NCBI GenBank assembly: GCA_031416355.1
Contig: JANOTM010000151.1
Location: 1 to 37,853 of the forward strand
Source of the DNA: Gammaproteobacteria bacterium
Lineage (GTDB): Bacteria > Pseudomonadota > Gammaproteobacteria > Acidiferrobacterales > UBA6901
Length of the DNA: 37,853 nucleotides
Reading direction: 5' to 3'
Made by a program: the position numbers and the translations under genes. The stretch's first letter is position 1, and every line of letters begins with the position of its first letter. Positions 25,583-33,996 of this stretch are shown here, piece after piece. The notes beneath the pieces are model-generated. The model was given only the letters and a program-made list of their open reading frames with translations. It searched no databases and was not told where the DNA came from.

Positions 25583-27921
25583 ACGGCATGCGCCGAGGTG
25601 CGCGGTTTATTGCCTTGCTGATCGCGTCCGCGCCGCTCGCCACGCACGCGGCGAGCGATATCGCGGAGAACCGCGAGTGCGCCACCTGCCACATCATGTC
25701 ACTCGCCGATTTCAAGCGCGACGACGTGACGCCGTTGGTTGCCTACGATCCCAGGCCTATGGTCGAAACCGGCAGGCAGGACGTGTCCTCGACCGAGCGC
25801 ATGTGTTTCTCCTGCCACGACGGGTTCGTGCTCGACTCGCGTTCGGTCTGGCGCAACAAACACCACGAGCATCCGGTCGGGGTGCGGCCATCGAGCAAGG
25901 TGAGGATTCCAACGGCGCGCGGCAAGGTCGTGTTCCCGCTGAACGACGACGGCAAGCTGTACTGCGGCACCTGTCACACCGCGCATGGTGTGGATTGGGC
26001 GCAGACCGAATCGCCGGTGTTCATGCGCGTCAAGAACGTCGATTCGAGCTTATGTCTTGCATGTCATCTCGACCGGGGGACCGGACCGGCCGCGGGCAAC
26101 CATCCGGTGTTTGGCAAGCTCGACGCATGGCCGGCGGCGCTGCTCGCGGCCGGCGGCAAGCCGGGCCGCCACGACGACGTGACCTGCGAGTCTTGCCATC
26201 GCACACACGGCGGTGCCCAGGACAAGATGCTGGTACTGGCGAATACGGATTCGCAGTTGTGCGGCGCGTGCCACGCCGACAAGTACCGGATTCGCAAGAC
26301 CAAGCACGATCTGTCGGTTATGGCACCCGAGGCGCGCAACCGCAAGGGCCACACCGCCGTCGAGTCTGGGCCGTGCGGCGTGTGCCACGTGGCGCACGGC
26401 GGCAATGGACCGGACTGGTGGGCGCGAGATATCACGAACCCCGAGTCCACCGGCGGGCGCTGCCTGAGCTGCCATCAGCCCGAGGGGCTCGCTAAGAAAA
26501 AAACCATCGGTGAACACACGCATCCGATCAACGTTCCGGTGGCCAATGCCGGCATCACCGCCACGATCAAGGGCTGGGTCAGCCGCTTCTCGCTTCTCAA
26601 CAAAGATGATCCGCTGCTGCCGTTGCCGCTGTACGACAAGCGCGGTCTGCACACGCGTACCGGCGGCAACGTCGGATGCGGTACCTGCCACGATCCGCAC
26701 GTGTGGTCCCCGGCGGAAGCGGCCTCCGGCGATCCGCGCAAGATCGAAGGCGGCGCGCGCGACAGCTTTCTGCGCATGACGGCCGATGGCGACGGAAAAC
26801 TGTGTGCAAACTGCCATGTGGACAAGGGCGCGGTGGCGCTGTCCAAACACAATCCCACCGTCATGGCGGCCGCAAAAATCCGCTCGCAGGAAAAAAAGGC
26901 ACCAAAGATTCCGGATGCAGGACGCACAGCAGACGCCGGCGTATGCGGCGCATGCCACGCGCCGCACAATGCCAAGGCATCCAATCTCTGGGCACGCGAC
27001 CGCGGACCGGGCGCGGGCTTTACCGAGGCGCTCTGCAACGATTGCCACCGTGACGGCGGCGAGGCTGGCAACAAGCGCGTTGGCGCGCACAGCCATCCGC
27101 TCAACGTGAAGCTTGCGCCAGGCATGACGTCGCGGCTGCCGCTGTACACCGCCGCCGGCCGTAGTCAAACGGCCGAGGCCAAAGTGGATTGCGCCACCTG
27201 TCACGACCCGCACCAATGGACCCCGGCGGATGCGGCGAGCCGCGCGGGCACCCGGGCCGACGTGGACGGCGATGCGCGCGACAGTTTTCTGCGCCTCACG
27301 GCCAGCGGCCGCGCGGATTTGTGCGTCGAGTGTCATCAGGCACAGCGCTTCGTGCGCGGCAGCGATCACGATCTCTCAGTCACCGCCCCGCAAGACACCA
27401 ATGCCAAAGCACAGACCGTCGTGCAATCGGGGGTCTGCGGCCAGTGCCATGTGCCGCACAATGCGCCGCACGCACAAGGCCTGTGGGCGCGCGCCCCGGG
27501 GGCCGCGCCGGAAGAGAACGAGAGGCTCTGCCGCAGTTGCCACGCACAGGGCAAAACCGCCGCCAGCAAAGTGCCATCCGAGAGCCGTCATCCCCTCAAC
27601 ATCACTGTGTGGTCCGACCGGGTGCGTGCCGGCTACCGCCCGGGCGCGAGCACCGGCCTACCGGTTTTTAACCGCGATGGGAGACGCGACATCACCGGCA
27701 TTATCACGTGCGTGAGCTGTCATGATCCCCACCAGTGGAGCGCGCGCCACGCCACGGAAGGTCCGGGCAGGAATGTCGAAGGCGACGTCGGCAACAGCTT
27801 CCTGCGGCTGGAGCAGAGCGCCGAATTCGTGTGCGCCGACTGCCACGGCCTCGATGCGTTGTTCCGCTACAAATATTTTCACGGCAAGTCGTCACGCAAG
27901 GAGTATCCGCTCTATCGTTGA
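25579..27921 (+). CDS. 18-haem c-type cytochrome, exported, internally repetitive
   Basis: 780 aa with an ATGA overlap with the upstream gene and signal peptide FIALLIASAPLATHAA. I counted 18 CXXCH motifs. Three clear tandem tetrahaem modules of about 175 aa are present, plus a degenerate N-terminal copy. Confidence 0.9.
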   Translation: MNGMRRGARFIALLIASAPLATHAASDIAENRECATCHIMSLADFKRDDVTPLVAYDPRPMVETGRQDVSSTERMCFSCHDGFVLDSRSVWRNKHHEHPVGVRPSSKVRIPTARGKVVFPLNDDGKLYCGTCHTAHGVDWAQTESPVFMRVKNVDSSLCLACHLDRGTGPAAGNHPVFGKLDAWPAALLAAGGKPGRHDDVTCESCHRTHGGAQDKMLVLANTDSQLCGACHADKYRIRKTKHDLSVMAPEARNRKGHTAVESGPCGVCHVAHGGNGPDWWARDITNPESTGGRCLSCHQPEGLAKKKTIGEHTHPINVPVANAGITATIKGWVSRFSLLNKDDPLLPLPLYDKRGLHTRTGGNVGCGTCHDPHVWSPAEAASGDPRKIEGGARDSFLRMTADGDGKLCANCHVDKGAVALSKHNPTVMAAAKIRSQEKKAPKIPDAGRTADAGVCGACHAPHNAKASNLWARDRGPGAGFTEALCNDCHRDGGEAGNKRVGAHSHPLNVKLAPGMTSRLPLYTAAGRSQTAEAKVDCATCHDPHQWTPADAASRAGTRADVDGDARDSFLRLTASGRADLCVECHQAQRFVRGSDHDLSVTAPQDTNAKAQTVVQSGVCGQCHVPHNAPHAQGLWARAPGAAPEENERLCRSCHAQGKTAASKVPSESRHPLNITVWSDRVRAGYRPGASTGLPVFNRDGRRDITGIITCVSCHDPHQWSARHATEGPGRNVEGDVGNSFLRLEQSAEFVCADCHGLDALFRYKYFHGKSSRKEYPLYR

Positions 27922-27956
27922 TGGTGCCACGCGCAGCCGGCATAACTCTTAAACGT

Positions 27957-28892
27957 CTACTTGGTAGCCGTCAGTGCCGCCGCCAGTCGCACCTGCACGC
28001 GATCGCTGTTGAACGTATTGAAGTCGGGGTATTTCTGAAACACCCAGCCTTCGGCGAGGGTGCGGTCTTTGTCCAGCAGGCGCACGAGCACCGCCGGGTT
28101 GTCGGGATTGTTGGAGGTGCTGGTGACCGCGTCGGCGTTACTCTGGAATGCGGGCACGAGCGCGATGACGCGCACCGTCAGCCCGGATCCACCGACCGCG
28201 GCATCGCCGCCGACCGGCACGCGCACGGTTTGCGGCGCCCCGCCTTTGCCGGTGAGCGTCAGTTCCACCGCCTTCCACTTGGCCCGCACCTCGGCCGGAA
28301 TCTCGAGCACGAGCTTGGCCCCGGATTTCGGGTGGCCGAGCGCGGCGGACGCGGACGCGGGTTTGGGCGGCATGATGACGGGCAGCGGCGGCGGGTGATC
28401 GCCGACGACCTGCGCGATCACCACCTCCGCCTGCCGCTGAGTCGCCGGCGCAAACGCGTGGCTGTAGCCTTCCAGGTCGCCCACCTGCGGCGTCGCCTGA
28501 CCGGACTTCGACACGCGTGCGCCGACGATGATTTCCGGGAAGTTGGCGAACCTCATGTCCGGCATCAGCGTGCTCGAATCGTCGAGCGTCACGTTCGCCG
28601 GCAGGTCTTTTGACTGTATGCGGGCAATTGCGAGCGGCATTTTCGGCCCTTGTGTGGAGCGCGCAAAGACGAACACGGTATCGGTGGGAGCGACCTTGTT
28701 CGCAAGCGCGGGGTCTAGACTCACTCTGACGTTTAGGCTGTGCGCCGCGGCGCGAACGGCCGCAGGGTCGTTGCCCGTGTGCGATGCTTCATCGCGATCG
28801 GTGCAGGCGCTCGGCATGAATACTAAAATAAAGATCGATAAGACCCGGTGGGGTCTTCGCCCCAGCCGCAATAGCCATTGCCTGGTTATCAT
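27957..28892 (-). CDS. hypothetical exported or lipoprotein with a CcmI-C-terminal-like N-half and a DUF2155-like C-half
   Basis: 311 aa, convergent with the cytochrome operon and sharing its high-GC codon style. The N-half (VRVSLDPALANKVAPTDTVFVFARSTQGPKMPLAIARIQSKDLPANVTLDDS...GARVSKSGQATPQVGDLEG) resembles the C-terminal domain of CcmI/CycH as I recall it. The C-half has a ...GWVFQKYPDFNTF... pattern. Confidence 0.5.
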   Translation of the reverse strand: MITRQWLLRLGRRPHRVLSIFILVFMPSACTDRDEASHTGNDPAAVRAAAHSLNVRVSLDPALANKVAPTDTVFVFARSTQGPKMPLAIARIQSKDLPANVTLDDSSTLMPDMRFANFPEIIVGARVSKSGQATPQVGDLEGYSHAFAPATQRQAEVVIAQVVGDHPPPLPVIMPPKPASASAALGHPKSGAKLVLEIPAEVRAKWKAVELTLTGKGGAPQTVRVPVGGDAAVGGSGLTVRVIALVPAFQSNADAVTSTSNNPDNPAVLVRLLDKDRTLAEGWVFQKYPDFNTFNSDRVQVRLAAALTATK

Positions 28893-28920
28893 GAAATTCT
28901 CTCCGTTTGACTCAAAATTA

Positions 28921-29060
28921 TTAAATCATTGCACCGCTTGATCGCCTCGGGTACGGCCACATTGATGAGTGTTTGAATTGTCTGTGGCTGCCCCGTGTGG
29001 CGGCGAGAACCCACCCATCATCTTTAAGCATCCTACGATGAGCCAGGGATAGTGAAGCGC
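28921..29060 (-). pseudogene. HicA-like toxin fragment, no hicB
   Basis: Minus-strand translation gives ...AHRRMLKDDGWVLAATRGSHRQFKHS. This matches the HicA core (..L.kdGW...r.rGSHrqF.H). The family C-terminus (..VtvPghp..dl..GTl.sIlkqAGL) is not recognisable in this frame, and no antitoxin gene follows. Confidence 0.5.
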
Positions 29061-29166
29061 TGGCGAAGAGCCCGCGAAGCTTAAGTAGGGACTTAAGCGT
29101 TAAGCCATTGTGGCGCTTCCCAGCCGCAGGGCGGTCGCGGCAAAAAATACGTCGCGAGACCGAAGG

Positions 29167-29193
29167 CACTCGGCACACGGGACGTGCCGAGTG
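29167..29193. repeat. perfect 10-bp inverted repeat (cactcggcac-acgggac-gtgccgagtg)
   Basis: Read directly from the sequence. It is followed by TTT on the plus strand and lies in the noncoding stretch between the hicA fragment and the SPFH gene. Confidence 0.6.
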
Positions 29194-29299
29194 TTTACTG
29201 AGGGCCGCGACACAACGAGCACTTCGCTAACTTTCATTAAATCAAGAATAGCAGTTCGTTATTCCACAGGCAAAAAACGACTGTCACCTTCAGAGTGTT

Positions 29300-30226
29300 T
29301 TATTTTGCAGCCTTGCTCTGTGTTTTCACCACACTCATGGCCGTAGCAATCATGCCACTGAGATCGGCGAGGTTGCTTGGCAGGATAAGGGTGTTACCTT
29401 CCTGCGCCAGGTTGGCGAAGGCCTCCACGTATTTTTCCGCCACCTTCAGGTTGATGGCATCCATGCCGCCCGGAGACTGTATGGCGTTGGCAATTTTCTG
29501 GATGGCGTGCGCAGTGGCCTCGGCCACGGTCTTGATGGCGATGGCTTCGCCTTCGGCGCGGTTGATGGCCGCCTGGCGCTCGCCTTCAGAGCGCTGGATA
29601 GACGCTTCACGCTCTCCCGTGGCGATGTTGATCTGCTCCTGTTTGCGGCCTTCGGAGGCGGCGATGAGGGCGCGCTTTTCGCGCTCGGCGGTGATTTGCT
29701 GCTGCATGGCGTGCAGTATGTCCTTGGGCGGCGTCAGGTCCTTGATCTCGTAGCGCAGTACCTTTACGCCCCAGTTGGCGGCGGCCTCGTCCAGCGCCGC
29801 GACCACGGTGTGGTTGATGCTGGCGCGCTCCTCGAAGGTGCGGTCCAGTTCCATCTTGCCGATGACCGATCGCAGGGTGGTCTGGGCGAGTTGGCTGATG
29901 GCGAGGATGTAATCGCTGGAACCGTAGGACGCGAGCTTGGGATCGGTAACTTGAAAATACAGTATGCCGTCCACCTGTAGCTGGGTGTTGTCGCGCGTAA
30001 TACAGACCTGGCTGGGCACGTCCAGCGGCACTTCCTTGAGTTCGTGTTTGTAGGCCAGGCGATCAATGAACGGCAGGACCACGGTCAAGCCCGGGGCGAG
30101 GGTGGAGTGATAGCGCCCTAGACGCTCGACCACATACGCGGTTTGCTGGGGTACGACCTTGATCGACTTGAAGACAAAAATTAAGGCGACCGCAAAAAGC
30201 ACTACGAATACAATTTCCATTTCCAT
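29300..30226 (-). CDS. SPFH/band 7 (stomatin/QmcA-like) membrane protein
   Basis: 308 aa with an N-terminal TM, an SPFH core (VVERLGRYHSTLAPGL...RDNTQLQVDGILYFQV) and a coiled-coil AEREKRA...EGERQAAI region. Confidence 0.9.
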   Translation of the reverse strand: MEMEIVFVVLFAVALIFVFKSIKVVPQQTAYVVERLGRYHSTLAPGLTVVLPFIDRLAYKHELKEVPLDVPSQVCITRDNTQLQVDGILYFQVTDPKLASYGSSDYILAISQLAQTTLRSVIGKMELDRTFEERASINHTVVAALDEAAANWGVKVLRYEIKDLTPPKDILHAMQQQITAEREKRALIAASEGRKQEQINIATGEREASIQRSEGERQAAINRAEGEAIAIKTVAEATAHAIQKIANAIQSPGGMDAINLKVAEKYVEAFANLAQEGNTLILPSNLADLSGMIATAMSVVKTQSKAAK

Positions 30227-30235
30227 GTGAGCCTC

Positions 30236-30670
30236 TTACTTAAGATTAATCGGGTTGGTGTGGGTGAGTATGAGAATCGAACCGCGTCGGTCCTTGATAT
30301 ATAATGGCCTATCCCGTGGTGTATCTGGCGATGCCAGTTCTGCATCCCACTGGGTACCGCGGTAGCTTACACGCGCAGTACCATTGGGGTTCCATGTCTC
30401 CACGGTAACCGGCTGGCCTATGTCCAGATTTTGATGATCCTGGGGCTGCTGGCGCTCCTGCGCCGCTTTCCAGGAGCGCAACAGTACCGTGCCGATGATG
30501 CCGAAGACAGCGGCTACCACCAACTGGGTGGTGAAACTGTACTGCCAATAAGCCATGAGCCCACCGGCACTGAACGCGATGCTGAACACCAGGATGTAAA
30601 ACGTGCCGGTCATGATCTCCAGCCCGATCAGGCCTATGGCCAGCAGGAACCACCAGATATACGCTTGCAT
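30236..30670 (-). CDS. NfeD-family membrane protein (YbbJ-like)
   Basis: 144 aa with three N-terminal TM helices and a C-terminal OB-like segment (GTARVSYRGTQWDAE). It sits directly upstream of the SPFH gene, the canonical nfeD-SPFH pair. Confidence 0.85.
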   Translation of the reverse strand: MQAYIWWFLLAIGLIGLEIMTGTFYILVFSIAFSAGGLMAYWQYSFTTQLVVAAVFGIIGTVLLRSWKAAQERQQPQDHQNLDIGQPVTVETWNPNGTARVSYRGTQWDAELASPDTPRDRPLYIKDRRGSILILTHTNPINLK

Positions 30671-30749
30671 GTGTCCCCTTAGCGCAGAAAATAATTGTGG
30701 GTTATTGGGGGAATTTTAGCAGTAAATCGGCACTCGTGGGCGTGCTATT

Positions 30750-31487
30750 TCATTGCGCCCAGGCCTTCCATAATAGAGAAACACCGCTGATGACCAGCAG
30801 GCCGCCGATGAGGCGTTGCATATGCTGTTGCGACAGACCCACGTGTACCCGGTGGCCCGCGTACAGACCCAAAGCCATGAGGGGGAGCGCGGCCAATGCA
30901 GACAATAATATGCCATCTTGCAGCAACAGCCCAGCGATAATAAAAACCACAATACGCAGTGCGCCATCGATCAAAAATAGAACAGAGAACGTGGCACGCA
31001 GTTGCGATTTGTCCCGCAGCCGACGGCTAAGATACATCACAAACGGCGGTCCACCGGTGCCGAATAATGCGCCTATGGTGCCTCCCATAAAGCCCGCGGG
31101 TAGGGCCCAGGTGCGCGCAATGGGATGGATGCTCTGCATCTTCAGCATACTGCGCACGCCGAATGCTAGTATTAACACTCCTAGCCCCATCAATAGCGGC
31201 GGTGTCGGCAGACTAACCAGCAGGCCCGCGCCCAGCACGATGCCGACCGCGCTGGCGGCGAGCAATATCCAGACTTCCTCCCAGCGCGCATGACGATGGG
31301 TGCCGCCGCTCATGACCACCGAGGCGCAAACATCCGTCACCAAAATCAGTGGTACAACGAATTGCAGAGGCAAATACAGGGCAAGCAACGGCACCGCCAC
31401 CAGGGCGGAACCGAAACCGGAAATGCCACGGATAAAATACGCCAGCAGGATAATGCAGACGGCGATGATGAATGCTGTGATAGTAAT
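30750..31487 (-). CDS. TauE/SafE-family anion exporter (start codon uncertain)
   Basis: The first canonical start is GTG 31400 (216 aa). The same frame stays open to 31496 and encodes ITAFIIAVCIILLAYFIRGISGFGSAL, the conserved first TM and G-x-G-G motif of the family. Only ATT 31487 or ACG 31493 is available there as a start. Confidence 0.7.
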   Translation of the reverse strand: MTITAFIIAVCIILLAYFIRGISGFGSALVAVPLLALYLPLQFVVPLILVTDVCASVVMSGGTHRHARWEEVWILLAASAVGIVLGAGLLVSLPTPPLLMGLGVLILAFGVRSMLKMQSIHPIARTWALPAGFMGGTIGALFGTGGPPFVMYLSRRLRDKSQLRATFSVLFLIDGALRIVVFIIAGLLLQDGILLSALAALPLMALGLYAGHRVHVGLSQQHMQRLIGGLLVISGVSLLWKAWAQ

Positions 31488-31544
31488 ATGCGTATCTCAA
31501 TAGAGGCAGATGAGGGAGCACTAGAGAACGCAGTAGCGGGAGAT

Positions 31545-32087
31545 TCAGACTCGCTTCAGCAGAACATACACCGCCCCGGTGCCACCATCGTTATTGCGGG
31601 CCGAACAAAACGCCAACACTGCGTCCTTTTGACGCAACCATGAGTTAACTTTTCCCTTTAAAACCGGCATCTTACCTTCTGAACTTAAACCTTTTCCGTG
31701 TATGATGCGCACACAGCGTTTGCCATGGGCCTGGGCATTGCGCAGAAAATCGCTCACCAATTCGCGCGCCTCCGCCACCACCCGGCCATGCAGGTCTAAC
31801 TCCGCCTCAATGGCGTACTGCCCGCGTCGAAACTTGCGCCATACCCGCTGTTGTATGCCGGTACGCATGAACAGCAGCTCTTCACCGGTTTCCAACTCTA
31901 CCGGGTCGTAGTCATCCGACAACAAGCTGCGTATGACTTCTTCCTCGTCGCGCCGGGTCTGTTGTGGCACGGGTTTGCGCCGCGGCTTATGCGGCGCCAC
32001 CCGGTCTTGTTTCAGCGGGCGCGCACCCTTGGCGGCCTTGTGAAACAGCGAGCGGTCATCGCTAGGGTCCGGCTTGTCTTTGGCCAT
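31545..32087 (-). CDS. smrB: Smr-domain endonuclease (SmrB-like)
   Basis: 180 aa, colinear with E. coli SmrB/YfcN: LFHKAAKGARPLKQD at the N-terminus and the Smr domain ELDLHG...VRIIHGKG... Confidence 0.8.
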   Translation of the reverse strand: MAKDKPDPSDDRSLFHKAAKGARPLKQDRVAPHKPRRKPVPQQTRRDEEEVIRSLLSDDYDPVELETGEELLFMRTGIQQRVWRKFRRGQYAIEAELDLHGRVVAEARELVSDFLRNAQAHGKRCVRIIHGKGLSSEGKMPVLKGKVNSWLRQKDAVLAFCSARNNDGGTGAVYVLLKRV

Positions 32088-32132
32088 GACTTGCCCGTTC
32101 TGTTACAGATGGCTATTTAAGACCCATGGTCC

Positions 32133-32319
32133 GAATAGCACTTACTTAAGCCTAAACGTAGGGTGGGTGGAGCGTTTTTTGCGTAACCCGCAAGCGTTGC
32201 GTAGCAACACAATGCCTTTTAAAGGAGTGCCTGGCGGCACGCCTGGTGGGTTACGGCACATACTGCGTGCCTCCACCCACCCTACGTGAACATAGAACTG
32301 CTTTAAGTAAGCGCCATTC
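32133..32319. mobile_element. 187-bp MITE-like element with imperfect terminal inverted repeats and an 11-bp direct duplication
   Basis: The direct repeat acccatggtcc occurs at 32122-32132 and 32320-32330, immediately flanking the element. The terminal IRs are gaatagcacttacttaag and the reverse complement of ctttaagtaagcgccattc. An internal perfect 17-bp IR acgtagggtgggtggag (32156-32172) pairs with 32271-32287. Confidence 0.65.
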
Positions 32320-32348
32320 ACCCATGGTCCCTAAAACAACAGGGCGTC

Positions 32349-32882
32349 TCAATCGTCTTTGCGGTCGTGTTTACGCCCCTGGTCGTGTCCGCGCCCACGT
32401 TCAGAGTGTTCGCTTGCTTCGCGATCGCGGCCATGGTTTTTTTCATGTTTGTGTTTTTTCTCTTTCCAGCCCACGAAGTTGCGGTGCTCGTGATCATCAT
32501 CATCACGATAGCGCGGTCGCGCTTGGTGCTGAAAATCGTCCCATTGCTCGCGGCGATACTTGCGCAGGCCCGGCGGCAGATGACGCACTTTAATGCGCGC
32601 CCAAGGCCCGCCATAGCCCGGGCCGGCATACCAGACATCATGGTCGTAGAGATAATAGTGATCGTCATCGAAAAATATCTGATGCGGCGACTCGAAGGCC
32701 ACATAGATGCGCGGGGCCGGCAGCCATACCATGTGCGGCGGTGCCGGTAGTCTCACCACCGGCACCGGGAGATTAATGTTGATGGATACATCCGCCGCCT
32801 GGGCCATAACACCGGCCGCGGCGTATAGCCACAGCGCGGTCATGGAGGAGACGATTAACCACTTCTTAAGCCATATAGTCAT
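32349..32882 (-). CDS. hypothetical exported protein with highly charged H/D/R/K-rich C-terminal tail
   Basis: 177 aa with signal peptide SSMTALWLYAAAGVMAQA and an aromatic-rich core. The tail reads RDDDDHEHRNFVGWKEKKHKHEKNHGRDREASEHSERGRGHDQGRKHDRKDD. I recognised no family. Confidence 0.55.
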   Translation of the reverse strand: MTIWLKKWLIVSSMTALWLYAAAGVMAQAADVSININLPVPVVRLPAPPHMVWLPAPRIYVAFESPHQIFFDDDHYYLYDHDVWYAGPGYGGPWARIKVRHLPPGLRKYRREQWDDFQHQARPRYRDDDDHEHRNFVGWKEKKHKHEKNHGRDREASEHSERGRGHDQGRKHDRKDD

Positions 32883-32908
32883 AGTATTATTAACCTCGTA
32901 GTTTGAAC

Positions 32909-33934
<1,026 letters not shown>

Positions 33935-33996
33935 TTACAAATCCTCTGGTATGTTGGGCGCTGAAATGCGGTTAATCCGGGACAGAAGGAGCAGGT

